From Acidobacteriota bacterium (GTDB lineage Bacteria; Acidobacteriota; Vicinamibacteria; Vicinamibacterales; 2-12-FULL-66-21), in contig JANNHC010000007.1 of NCBI GenBank assembly GCA_031404215.1, positions 1-39,755 on the forward strand: 39,755 nt of DNA, read 5' to 3'. How positions within the stretch are numbered: the first letter of the stretch is position 1; each line of letters starts with the position of its first letter. Of the stretch, positions 8,291 to 17,552 are shown piece by piece. Under the pieces are notes generated by a model, which was not told the DNA's origin, did not search any database, and worked only from the letters and a program-made list of their open reading frames with translations. The translations under genes and the position numbers were made by a program.

Positions 8291-8306
8291 GCCTACCCCT
8301 TAAACC

Positions 8307-9692
8307 CTACTGCGACCAGTTCGGATACCGATTCATGCCCGTCCTCGTGACCTGCCGCAGATTTTTTCCGTCGCGATCGATCACGAAAATCTGCTCCTTC
8401 CCCGCGCGCGTCGAGGTGAACGCCACGTGGCGTCCGTTCGGCGAGAACGCCGGGCTCTCATTGCTGCCGATGCCGTCGGTGACGGCGCGGGCGCTGCGTG
8501 TCGCAAAATCAAAAATCTTGATGTCGAACCCGGCGCCGGTGCGCGATGCATACGCAATCTCGTTGAAGGGCGCCGGCGACCACGTCGGCCTGTCGCACCA
8601 GGACTCTCCCGTGATGCGCTGCGGTTCCGAGCCGTCCGCGTTCATGATCCAGATTTGCGGCGCGCCGGTCCGATTCGACGTGAACGCGACCTGATTGCCG
8701 GTCGGCGACCACGTCGGCGTGACGTCGTTCTCTGGATGGTTCGTCAGCCGCCGCAGCCCCGTGCCGTCGCGATTCACCACGTAGATTTCCGGGTTGCCGT
8801 CACGGTTCGACATGAACGCCAGCTTCACCCCGTCAGGCGACCACGCGGGCAGGTAGTTCTGCCGTTCCGCCGAGCCGTTCGCCGGCTTGAAGGGCACACG
8901 CAATTCGTTGATGTACTGAACGAGAATGTCCGGGAAATTGCTGCGGAACGAAGTGTAGGCGATCATCGTGCGGTCGGGAGACCACGCGGGGGTAATGTCG
9001 AGGGCCCGCGTTGCGGTGACCCGCGTCTGATTCGCGCCATCGTAATCGGAGATGTAGATATTCGAGATCCCGCGATCGGCCACGGGCCCCTTCATGCGTT
9101 CGCCGTCGCGATCGGAGGAAAAAGCCAGCTTGGTCCGCGCGACGCCACGCAGGCTTCGCTGCTGCAGATGGATCTCGTCGGACGCGGTGTGCGAGTACAG
9201 GCGCGGATTTTTCAGCGAGCCGCTGTATTCCTTCGCCAAGGCGGTGCGCCCGCTCGAGACTTCGATCAGCCGTACCTGCACGGCCACGCCGGTCGCCGTC
9301 TTCCGGACGGTCCCGATGATGAGGCCGTCGGCGCCGAGCTGCTTCCACTGGTCGAGCGGGACATTGTCGATGGACGTGGCCGGTGGAATCGTGCGGTACG
9401 TGTCGCGGGAAATCAGGTAGAACTCGCGTTCGAAGTTGAGATCGTCCCAGAGCACCTGCCCGATGGTCTTCGCCGCCGCGACGGTCTCCGCGTCGTTGGT
9501 CAACGCGATGAAATCCGGCACGGCGTACTTGGGAGGCAGACCGGGCGCGCCGTTGATCGTGAGGGAAATCTCCGACGGTTGTCGCGGGGGACCGCTTTGC
9601 GGCGGAGCAGCGGGCGGTTGTCCCTGTGCCTGGAGCGCGAGCGCAACCGACGCCGCGAGCATGGTGGTCGAGAGAATTCGCATATGCCTCAT
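8307..9692 (-). CDS. tolB: Tol-Pal system beta-propeller protein TolB
   Basis: 461 aa with repeated PAWSPDG/PTWSP/PAFSPNG propeller motifs. The start may be 9692 (TGATG-coupled to the upstream gene) or 9683. Confidence 0.9.
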   Translation of the reverse strand: MRHMRILSTTMLAASVALALQAQGQPPAAPPQSGPPRQPSEISLTINGAPGLPPKYAVPDFIALTNDAETVAAAKTIGQVLWDDLNFEREFYLISRDTYRTIPPATSIDNVPLDQWKQLGADGLIIGTVRKTATGVAVQVRLIEVSSGRTALAKEYSGSLKNPRLYSHTASDEIHLQQRSLRGVARTKLAFSSDRDGERMKGPVADRGISNIYISDYDGANQTRVTATRALDITPAWSPDRTMIAYTSFRSNFPDILVQYINELRVPFKPANGSAERQNYLPAWSPDGVKLAFMSNRDGNPEIYVVNRDGTGLRRLTNHPENDVTPTWSPTGNQVAFTSNRTGAPQIWIMNADGSEPQRITGESWCDRPTWSPAPFNEIAYASRTGAGFDIKIFDFATRSARAVTDGIGSNESPAFSPNGRHVAFTSTRAGKEQIFVIDRDGKNLRQVTRTGMNRYPNWSQ

Positions 9693-10489
9693 CAGCGGTG
9701 GTATTCGAAAATCAAGTGAACGGTAAGCGAGTTCTCGGTGAATTCGCGCGGCAGCGCCGGCAGCATGCGCGTCTTGAGAATCGCGCGCTGTGACTCAAGA
9801 TCCAGCAGCGAGATGCCGCTCGGTTTTTCGACCAGCACGTCCGTGATCAGCCCGTCTCGTCGAATGGTGAACTTCATCTGCACCTGCCCAGACGCCCCCT
9901 GGTTCTGGGTCCAGTTCTTCTTGATCATGTCCGTCATCTGGTTCAGATAGGCGGGACAGCAGAAATTCGCGTAGTCCGTGTACGCGCCGTTGTTCGGTGT
10001 GCCGCCGCCCGACGGCCGGGTCAGCCCGCCGAACGGAATCGGTGCGCCGCCCGTGTCGGCGCGGGCGTCGCCGGCCTTGATTTCCGGTCCGCTCGTGGGT
10101 TTGCGCGCGGACGACTTCTCAACCGGTTTCTCGACCTTCGCCGGCGTTTTCGCGACAGGTCTGGCCGTTGGCTCAGGCGCGACCATCTCAGGGGCCTTGG
10201 GCGCCGGCGGCGCAATCGTGGCGGGCCTCGCTTCCGTCGGCGCCTCCACCTGCACCGGGCGGCCCGATATGGGCGTCATGCCCCCGGCATCGGGCCCCGT
10301 CCCGCCGCTGAGCGTAATCATCATAGGCGTCACGTCCGCCGACATCGAAGACGAGCGCCACCTCGTGGGCATGACGACAAGCACGGCGATCAGTGCGGCG
10401 TGGGCGAAGAGAGACACCAGCACCATCCGGCTGACGCCGTCCGTTTCACGCGCACGCTCGATCAGAATATCGCTGACGGCCTCGTGCAT
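9692..10489 (-). CDS. TonB-family energy transducer (TolA-equivalent of this cluster)
   Basis: N-terminal TM helix, a Pro/Ala-rich spacer and a C-terminal TonB_C-like domain (QVQMKFTIRRDGLITDVLVEKPSGISLLD). Positioned between tolR and tolB. Confidence 0.8.
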   Translation of the reverse strand: MHEAVSDILIERARETDGVSRMVLVSLFAHAALIAVLVVMPTRWRSSSMSADVTPMMITLSGGTGPDAGGMTPISGRPVQVEAPTEARPATIAPPAPKAPEMVAPEPTARPVAKTPAKVEKPVEKSSARKPTSGPEIKAGDARADTGGAPIPFGGLTRPSGGGTPNNGAYTDYANFCCPAYLNQMTDMIKKNWTQNQGASGQVQMKFTIRRDGLITDVLVEKPSGISLLDLESQRAILKTRMLPALPREFTENSLTVHLIFEYHR

Positions 10490-10493
10490 GCGA

Positions 10494-10952
10494 TTATCGC
10501 CCGACCGGCTTCGTCATCCAGCCAACCTTCTCGACGCCACCCTCCTTGAGCTTGTCCATCACCGTCGCGATGTCCTGCACCGTCGCGGCCCCATCGGCGC
10601 GAATGAACACCGACTTGTCGTCGCGCGTCAGGATCGCCTGGCGGACGCGCTCCTGAAGAAAATCGATCTTCACGCTGTCCTTGTCGAGCTGTACCGTTCG
10701 TGTCCGGCTGAAATCGGCCGGCACCGTGACGTAGACAGGCTGGGCGGTCACGGGGGTGGACCGGCGCACTTGGGGCAGGTTCACCTGCAGCCCCTGCTGC
10801 ATCATCGGCGCGGTCACCATGAAGATGATGAGCAGTACGAGCATCACGTCCACGAGCGGCACGACGTTGATCTCCGCGAGCGTGGTCGATACGCGGGCCG
10901 AGCGCCCGCGACGCGCACCGTTCGAACCGGTTGTCTGGTGAACCTTCGCCAC
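10494..10952 (-). CDS. tolR: Biopolymer transport protein ExbD/TolR
   Basis: AEINVVPLVDVMLVLLIIFMVTAP...VFIRADGAATVQDIATVMD. Confidence 0.9.
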   Translation of the reverse strand: MAKVHQTTGSNGARRGRSARVSTTLAEINVVPLVDVMLVLLIIFMVTAPMMQQGLQVNLPQVRRSTPVTAQPVYVTVPADFSRTRTVQLDKDSVKIDFLQERVRQAILTRDDKSVFIRADGAATVQDIATVMDKLKEGGVEKVGWMTKPVGR

Positions 10953-11073
10953 TTATGAGTCTCTCAACCGCTTGAATCCTCTTCACTCGAGGTGGTGGCA
11001 CCACAGCACGCAGGGCAGGGTGTCAGCCCTGCCTCCCGGCTGCCCTGAAAGGGTGCGCGCCGCGAGCCGCCCC

Positions 11074-11841
11074 TCATGTGAAATTCCGCTCCGAGATATT
11101 CAGGAACTCTAGCGAGAAATCGTCCATCTCCGCGGCGAAGTATTTCACGCGATTCGTGAAGTGATTGTAGAAATACACCGCCGGTATCGCGGCGAAGAGT
11201 CCGGCCGCCGTGGCGATCAACGCTTCGGCAATGCCCGGTGCCACGACGCCAAGGCTGGATGAGCCCTGAGCCCCGATGCCCTGGAACGAGCTCATAATCC
11301 CCCACACCGTTCCGAACAAGCCGATGAAGGGCGTGATGCTCGCGGTCGTCGCGAGGAACGTCACGCGGCGCTCGAGCTTCATCATTTCAACCGTCGTCGC
11401 GCGCAGCAATGCGCGGTCCACGGCGTCGAGGCTCTTGAGGGTTGGACGTCCCGCGGCAGGGGATGGCTTGGCCGCGTCGGCCGTGCTTCCCGAACGAAGC
11501 TGCGAATTGAGCTCGGTGTAGCCCGATTGAAAGAGGCCCACGAGCGGGCTTTCAGAGAGCGTGCGGCAGACCGCCTGCACCTCGGAGAACTTGCTGCTCT
11601 TTCGGAAGATGTCGAGAAACGTGGAGGACTGCCGCGACGACCGGCCGAACTGCCAGAACTTGTAAAGGATGATGCCCCACGACACCGCGGAAAACAGCAG
11701 CAGGATGACCAGCACGATCTTCGCGACCGGGCTGGAGTGGGTGACAAGGTAGACGATGTCGGTGTTGACGTCGCCGGCCCCAGGTGCCGGCCCATCGCCC
11801 TGCGCGTACAGCGCAAGGGCGTAGTATCCAGGCGTGCGCAA
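11074..11841 (-). CDS. tolQ: MotA/TolQ/ExbB proton-channel protein
   Basis: IASITPFIGLFGTVWGIMSSF...PGIAEALIATAAGLFAAIPAVYFYN. I place the start at TTG 11841 (GGAGG 5 nt upstream, at 11847-11851). The sigma70-like promoter at 11897-11925 lies inside the longer track ORF that starts at 11973. Confidence 0.8.
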   Translation of the reverse strand: MRTPGYYALALYAQGDGPAPGAGDVNTDIVYLVTHSSPVAKIVLVILLLFSAVSWGIILYKFWQFGRSSRQSSTFLDIFRKSSKFSEVQAVCRTLSESPLVGLFQSGYTELNSQLRSGSTADAAKPSPAAGRPTLKSLDAVDRALLRATTVEMMKLERRVTFLATTASITPFIGLFGTVWGIMSSFQGIGAQGSSSLGVVAPGIAEALIATAAGLFAAIPAVYFYNHFTNRVKYFAAEMDDFSLEFLNISERNFT

Positions 11842-11896
11842 ACATGCCTCCGCTGCGTGAGTATGGCGCGCCGCTGGGACAGCGCAGGTTCCGGCA

Positions 11897-11925
11897 AGAG
11901 TAACACGCCCCCAGTACGCTGTCAA
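11897..11925 (-). promoter_or_regulatory. Candidate sigma70-type promoter for the tolQ operon
   Basis: On the minus strand: TTGACA (11925-11920), a 17-nt spacer, then TACTCT (11902-11897). Confidence 0.45.
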
Positions 11926-11953
11926 ACATCTGATAAGATTGTACTTCTGGCCC

Positions 11954-13609
11954 ATGCTGCGCTTTCTTTCCATCCGTCATCTCGCCGTCATTGACCAGCT
12001 CGAGCTGGAATTCGAGCCTGGGCTTACCGTGCTCACCGGCGAAACGGGGGCGGGGAAATCGATTCTCGTTGGCGCCGTGGGTTTGCTCGTCGGGGGGCGT
12101 GCATCGGCCGACATGGTGAGGACGGGGGAGGACAGCGCGTCGGTCGAGGCAATCTTCGAGGACCCTGCCGGGAAGGAAGTGATCGTCCGTCGCGAGGTGT
12201 CAGCACTGGGACGCAGCCGCGCCTCGGTGAACGGCGCGCTCGTGACGAGCACAGCCCTGCGCGAATTGTGCGGCGGCCTCGTCGATCTCCACGGGCAGCA
12301 CGAGCACCAACGGCTCCTCGATCCGGCGGCCCACCTCGACCTGCTCGACGAATTCGCGGGCGCGGCGGCGGAGCGCGGGGCGGTCGCGGCGGCGTTCACG
12401 GCGCTCCAGGATGTCCGGACCGAGCGGGATCGGCTGCTGACCGGCGAACGCGAGAAGGCGTCCCGCGCGGATTTCCTGTCGTTCCAGCTCGCGGAGATCG
12501 AACGCGTGGCGCCGCAGCCAGGCGAAGACGGCGAGCTGGCCGCGACGCGGCAGGTGCTGGCCAACGCAGACAAGCTGCAGCGCCTGTGCGCGGAAGCCTA
12601 CGACTCGCTCTACGAAGGGGATCAGGCTGCGCTTCCAGCACTCGGAAACGTGTGGAAGAAGCTGGGGGATCTCGCGGCGCTCGACGGACGCTTCGATCCG
12701 TATCTCGACGCGCGCACCTCGGTCAAATCGCAGCTGGAGGATCTCGCGTTCTTTCTACGGTCGTACGCCGGGGCCATCGACACGTCCCCGGCGCGCCTCC
12801 AGGAGGTCGAGGATCGGCTCGCGCTGCTGGATCGCCTGAAGAAGAAACATGGTCCGACGCTGGATGAGGTGATGCGCCGGTGCGATCAGCTTCGCCGCGA
12901 GCTGCACGACATCGAGCACGCGACAGAACGCGCGGCGGCGCTCGACCGGGAGCTCGAGCGCACCCGCCAGGCGTTCGTGCGCGCCGCTGGGCTGCTCTCG
13001 GACAAGCGGCGCGCGGCGGCCACCGAGTTTTCACGCGCGCTCGAGAAGTCGCTGGCCGATCTCGCGATGAACCGCACGCGCTGCGACGTCCGGTTCGTCG
13101 CCGCGGACGACGAGGCCCACTGGTCGGACCGCGGCCTGGAGCAGGGAGAGTTCTACATCTCCCCGAATCCCGGCGAAGACCTCAAGCCGCTCGCGCGAAT
13201 CGCCTCCGGCGGGGAACTCTCACGGGTGATGCTCGCGCTGAAGACGCTGGCCTCCACCGACGCCCCTGGCAAGACCCTCATCTTCGACGAGGTGGACGCG
13301 GGGATCGGCGGGGCGGTCGCCGACGTCGTGGGGGCGCGCCTCCAGCGCCTTGGCCGGGGGTTTCAGGTCCTGTGCATTACGCACCTTCCGCAGATTGCCG
13401 GCTACGGCCAGACACACTACCGTATTGTGAAGAGCGTGCGCGATGGACGGACCCTCACGAAGGTCACGCGGGTCGAGGGTTCGGATAGGGAAGAGGAACT
13501 CGCGCGCATGATCGGCGGCGCGGACGTCTCTGCCGCGGTGCTGGCCAGCGCTCGCGACATGCTCGCTGTCCGCTCCGGGAGTCAGCGGAGTAAACGGAGC
13601 AAGAACTAG
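11954..13609 (+). CDS. recN: DNA repair protein RecN
   Basis: MLRFLSIRHLAVIDQLELEFEPGLTVLTGETGAGKSILVGA..., and a C-terminal SGGELSRVMLALK...LIFDEVDAGIGG. ATG 11954 is preferred over TTG 11939. Confidence 0.92.
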   Translation: MLRFLSIRHLAVIDQLELEFEPGLTVLTGETGAGKSILVGAVGLLVGGRASADMVRTGEDSASVEAIFEDPAGKEVIVRREVSALGRSRASVNGALVTSTALRELCGGLVDLHGQHEHQRLLDPAAHLDLLDEFAGAAAERGAVAAAFTALQDVRTERDRLLTGEREKASRADFLSFQLAEIERVAPQPGEDGELAATRQVLANADKLQRLCAEAYDSLYEGDQAALPALGNVWKKLGDLAALDGRFDPYLDARTSVKSQLEDLAFFLRSYAGAIDTSPARLQEVEDRLALLDRLKKKHGPTLDEVMRRCDQLRRELHDIEHATERAAALDRELERTRQAFVRAAGLLSDKRRAAATEFSRALEKSLADLAMNRTRCDVRFVAADDEAHWSDRGLEQGEFYISPNPGEDLKPLARIASGGELSRVMLALKTLASTDAPGKTLIFDEVDAGIGGAVADVVGARLQRLGRGFQVLCITHLPQIAGYGQTHYRIVKSVRDGRTLTKVTRVEGSDREEELARMIGGADVSAAVLASARDMLAVRSGSQRSKRSKN

Positions 13610-13690
13610 CGGGTCTCGGTTCCGCCTTTCACGCCGGGGCGAAAGCGAAAGCGAACAAACAGCAAAAGCGAAAGTCAGCTCAACTTACCG

Positions 13691-15031
13691 ATGGCTCGAA
13701 AATACCTCATCGAAACATTCGGCTGCCAGATGAACATCCACGACTCGGAACGGATGGCCGGTCTCCTCGAGCAGGCGGGCTACGAGGCGACGCCGGACGA
13801 CCGCGATGCCGACGTGATCGTGATTAACACTTGCAGCGTCAGGGAGCGCGCCGAAGAGAAACTCTTCACGCGGCTTGGGGAGATCCGTCAGATGTCCCTG
13901 GACGACCCTGACGGCATCCGCCCGGTCGTCGCCGTCACGGGGTGCGTGGCGCAGCAGGAAGGATCGCAGATTCTACGGCGTTCCAAGGCAGTGGACATCA
14001 TCGTGGGCACGCAGAATCTGAAACGCCTGGCCATGCTCGTCAACGAGAGGATTGCCCGACCCGCGTTCAGCCGAGGCGGGGCCGCGGTCGCGATTGATCC
14101 CGTGGACGACGTGTCGTTTCCGCTGGGAATCGCGCGTCGGAGCGACCCGGTGAAGGCATACGTGACGATCATCGAGGGATGCAACGAGTTCTGTGCGTTC
14201 TGCGTGGTGCCCTACACTCGCGGCCACGAGCGGATGCGGCCGGTGGCGGACGTTCTCGCCGAGGTACGCCATGCGGTGGCGACCGGCGCACGGGAAGTTC
14301 AGCTGCTCGGCCAGATCGTGAACCACTACCAGGCGCCAGACGATCCCTCGTGCGACTTCGCGTCGCTGCTCGAGCGGCTGAACGGGATAGACGGCCTGTG
14401 GCGGATTCGTTTCGCCAGCCCGCATCCGCGGCACGTCACCCAGCGCATGATCGCGGCCATGCGCGACCTTCCCGCGGTCTGCCGCCACCTGCACCTTCCG
14501 GCGCAGTCCGGCTCGACCCGCGTCCTCGCTGCCATGCGACGACGGCATACTCGCGAACAATACCTGGAACTGGTGGCGCAACTGCGCGAGGCCATGCCGG
14601 ACATCGCGATATCGACCGATATGATTGTTGGCTTCCCCGGGGAAACAGACGCGGACTTCGCGGACACGCTCTCGCTGACCGAGGCGGTGCGGTATCACAG
14701 CATGTTTTCGTTCAAGTACTCGGAGCGGCCAAACACGCTGGCGCTGAAACGCATGCCCGAGGATGTCGCGGAGGACGAGAAGACGCGGCGGATCGTCACC
14801 CTGCAGGCGCGGCAGCGGGACATCCAGGGGGAACTCTTCGCCGGGATGATCGGCCAGCCCGTGGACGTCCTGGTAGACTCGCGCAGCCGGCGCCGCGAGT
14901 GGGAGCTCTCGGGCCGCACGAGCGGCAACATCGTCGTGAATTTTTCGGGGCAACCGGACTGGATCGGGCGTATCGTTTCCTTGCGGGTCACTGCGGCGAA
15001 CCCGTATAGCCTTCGGGGCGAGGAAATCTAG
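13691..15031 (+). CDS. miaB: tRNA-2-methylthio-N6-dimethylallyladenosine synthase (radical SAM methylthiotransferase)
   Basis: ETFGCQMNIHDSERMAGLL, radical-SAM CNEFCAFCVVPYTRG, and a C-terminal TRAM domain. Confidence 0.92.
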   Translation: MARKYLIETFGCQMNIHDSERMAGLLEQAGYEATPDDRDADVIVINTCSVRERAEEKLFTRLGEIRQMSLDDPDGIRPVVAVTGCVAQQEGSQILRRSKAVDIIVGTQNLKRLAMLVNERIARPAFSRGGAAVAIDPVDDVSFPLGIARRSDPVKAYVTIIEGCNEFCAFCVVPYTRGHERMRPVADVLAEVRHAVATGAREVQLLGQIVNHYQAPDDPSCDFASLLERLNGIDGLWRIRFASPHPRHVTQRMIAAMRDLPAVCRHLHLPAQSGSTRVLAAMRRRHTREQYLELVAQLREAMPDIAISTDMIVGFPGETDADFADTLSLTEAVRYHSMFSFKYSERPNTLALKRMPEDVAEDEKTRRIVTLQARQRDIQGELFAGMIGQPVDVLVDSRSRRREWELSGRTSGNIVVNFSGQPDWIGRIVSLRVTAANPYSLRGEEI

Positions 15032-15153
15032 GTGCTTCAGGTTCGGTTGCAGGGTTCTACCTGGTTCTGCAAGGTTCGGCACGTGGCGGCGCGGCGTTGC
15101 ACAGGCTTCCGGGAGCGGGAAGCTGGAGCTGGCAACTGAAAGCTGAATAAAAT

Positions 15154-15639
15154 ATGCAGATAGAAATGACGATCAAGGGGTTGATGGTCGATCCGATCAC
15201 CAACATGCCCATCATCATCCTGCGCGACAAGGCGGAGCAGCGGGTTCTGCCGATCTGGGTCGGGATGTTCGAAGCGAACGCCATTGCGCTGCAGATCGAG
15301 AACGTCACGACGCCGCGCCCCATGACGCACGACCTGCTCAGGAACGTCATCCACGACCTGAAGGCGGACATCCAGAAGATCGTCGTGTCGGATCTCAAGG
15401 ACAACACGTTTTACGCGTTGATTTATCTGATGGTGAATGGGGAAGCCATGGCGATCGACGCGCGTCCGAGCGACGCGATCGCGCTGGCGCTGCGTGCACG
15501 GGCGCCGATCTTTGTCGAGGACAGCGTGATCGATAACGCCAAGACCGTGGACTTCGCGCCCGAGAAGGGGGACTCCGAGCGCCTGCAGAAGTGGCTCGAG
15601 AGCCTGGATCCTGACGACATGGGAAAATACAAGATGTAG
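15154..15639 (+). CDS. Bifunctional nuclease family protein (DUF151/BFN domain)
   Basis: IKGLMVDPITNMPIIILRDKAEQRVLPIWVGMFEANAIALQIENVTTPRPMTHDLL. Confidence 0.85.
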   Translation: MQIEMTIKGLMVDPITNMPIIILRDKAEQRVLPIWVGMFEANAIALQIENVTTPRPMTHDLLRNVIHDLKADIQKIVVSDLKDNTFYALIYLMVNGEAMAIDARPSDAIALALRARAPIFVEDSVIDNAKTVDFAPEKGDSERLQKWLESLDPDDMGKYKM

Positions 15640-15658
15640 AGACGCCAGAGCCTTCCTG

Positions 15659-15687
15659 TTGACACCCTCGCGGGGGCTTTCTACAAT
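15659..15687 (+). promoter_or_regulatory. Near-consensus sigma70-type promoter upstream of parA
   Basis: TTGACA (15659-15664), a 17-nt spacer, then TACAAT (15682-15687). It lies about 36 nt upstream of the parA ATG. Confidence 0.55.
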
Positions 15688-15723
15688 GGCCCCACCTTCC
15701 GTGAAATTTCCTTCACTCAGCCG

Positions 15724-16479
15724 ATGATCGTCGCCATAGCCAATCAGAAGGGGGGCGTAGGCAAGACCACGACCGCCATTAACCTGGCGGCGGCCCTGTC
15801 GCTGCGTGGCAGCCCGACACTGCTCGTGGACCTCGACCCGCAGGCGAACAGCACGATGTCGTACGTGGACTCTTCGACAATCACGCGGAGCGTGTACGAC
15901 GCGATCGCAGAACCCAACTGCACGTTCAAGGACGTCATCGTCCCGTCCACCCAGCCAAACCTCTGGGTCGCACCGTCACGCATCGCGCTCGCGAAACTGG
16001 AATCCAAACTGGTCGGGGAGCTTGACGCGCATTTCCGCCTGAAGGACAGGCTCGAGCCGATCCAAGCCGACTACCCGAACATTGTCATCGACTGTCCGCC
16101 GACGCTGGGCCTGTTGACTGTCAATGCGCTTGTCGCCGCGACGCACCTGCTGATCCCGATCCAGTCCTCGTACTTCGCACTCGAGGGCACCGACGACCTG
16201 CTCGAGACCATCGAGAAAGTCCGCGCGCGCGCCAACCCGAATCTGCGTATCCTCGGCGTCGTGATTACGATGCACGACAAGCGCACCGCGCTCGCGCGCG
16301 ACATCCGCTCGCAGATCGACAAGGTCTTCGGGAGCAAGGTATTCAAGACGGTGATCACGAAGAGCGTCCGCCTGGAGGAGAGCCCGGCGTACAAGGAGTC
16401 GATCTTTTCCTTTGCCCCGGATTCGAGCGGCGCGGCCGAATATTACCGTCTGTGCGAGGAGGTCATGGATCGTGCCTAA
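15724..16479 (+). CDS. parA: ParA/Soj chromosome-partitioning ATPase
   Basis: Deviant Walker A: IAIANQKGGVGKTTTAINLAAAL. 251 aa. Confidence 0.92.
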   Translation: MIVAIANQKGGVGKTTTAINLAAALSLRGSPTLLVDLDPQANSTMSYVDSSTITRSVYDAIAEPNCTFKDVIVPSTQPNLWVAPSRIALAKLESKLVGELDAHFRLKDRLEPIQADYPNIVIDCPPTLGLLTVNALVAATHLLIPIQSSYFALEGTDDLLETIEKVRARANPNLRILGVVITMHDKRTALARDIRSQIDKVFGSKVFKTVITKSVRLEESPAYKESIFSFAPDSSGAAEYYRLCEEVMDRA

Positions 16480-17290
16480 ACGCGGACTCCCGGTAACGGT
16501 GCGCATGCGCCACGACGAACACTATGTCGAAGCGCTGACCAGCTCCGCCGGGGCGCCAATCGGGCGGATGGTGCCGATCGACCAGCTCGATCCCAATCCC
16601 AACCAGCCGCGGCAGGTCATGGGCGACCTCTCGGAGTTGATGGCGTCGATCGCCGAGAAGGGGATTATCGAGCCCATCATCGTGCGGCAGCGCGGCAGCC
16701 GGTTCCAGATTGTCGCGGGGGAACGCCGCTATCAGGCCGCCGTGCAGGTCGGCCTCCGCGAGATCCCGATCGTGATCCGCGAGGTGGACGACAACGAGAT
16801 TATCGAGATCGCGCTCATCGAAAACATCCAGCGGAAAGACCTGACGCCGTTCGAAGAGGCGGAGGCGCTGACGTCCCTGGCGGATCGATGCGGATATACA
16901 CATGAGGACATGGCGCGTCGGCTGGGGAAGTCACGGACCGCGATTACCGAGTCCCTGACCCTGAACCACATGCCCGACGAGGTCAAAAACCTCTGTCGGC
17001 TGGCCGACATTCACTCCAAGTCCGTGTTATTACAGATAGTTAGGCAGGGCGACCCACAGAAAATGGTCGCGTTAATCGAAAAGATCGCCCGCGACGGCGG
17101 CACGACGCGTGAGGCCGTTCGAAAAGAGACCGCAAAGCCCAAAGCCGGCCGTCCGAAGGCTTACGTCTTCAGCTACAGAGCCCCCACCAAGGCATTCAAG
17201 CTTCAGCTCCGATTCACGAAGTCCAGGGTGGACCGTGATGAGGTAATTTCCGCGCTCCAGGAGATTATCAAAGAGCTGAAGGCCCAGTAA
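16472..17290 (+). CDS. parB: ParB/Spo0J partition protein
   Basis: DPNPNQPRQ, IIVRQRGSRFQIVAGERRYQAA, and HTH GYTHEDMARRLGKSRTAITESL. GTG 16472 overlaps the parA stop by 8 nt. Confidence 0.88.
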   Translation: MPKRGLPVTVRMRHDEHYVEALTSSAGAPIGRMVPIDQLDPNPNQPRQVMGDLSELMASIAEKGIIEPIIVRQRGSRFQIVAGERRYQAAVQVGLREIPIVIREVDDNEIIEIALIENIQRKDLTPFEEAEALTSLADRCGYTHEDMARRLGKSRTAITESLTLNHMPDEVKNLCRLADIHSKSVLLQIVRQGDPQKMVALIEKIARDGGTTREAVRKETAKPKAGRPKAYVFSYRAPTKAFKLQLRFTKSRVDRDEVISALQEIIKELKAQ

Positions 17291-17552
17291 CCCAGAACGG
17301 GTTTAGGTTTTCGAGCTTCCAGGGTTTTGGTCGGGTCCTGTGCCGAAAAACCTCGAAGCGACGCTCCATAGTTAACATAACACTCATTATCAGACCCAAA
17401 GGATTACCCCTTTAAAAGTGGCCTGTGCACGGATCGCGGATGGTTATCTAAGGCTGTCGCCCTAGGCTCAAAGGGCCCTGACCGTTCCCCGCCGCGCAAG
17501 GATGGTTTTTGCGTTCCGCTTCCGAAGTCCTGATAATGGACCCGCAGTCTTG

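Noticed and set aside
11842-11973. Long N-terminal extension of TolQ from the track start at 11973.
   Set aside because: The extension has no TolQ-like sequence, contains a good TTGACA-N17-TACTCT promoter, and would almost abut recN. TTG 11841 with GGAGG is more plausible.
15640-17552. Canonical parS site (TGTTNCACGTGAAACA) near parAB.
   Set aside because: Only a weak half-site-like CGTGAAAT at about 15700 was seen. There is no full palindrome.
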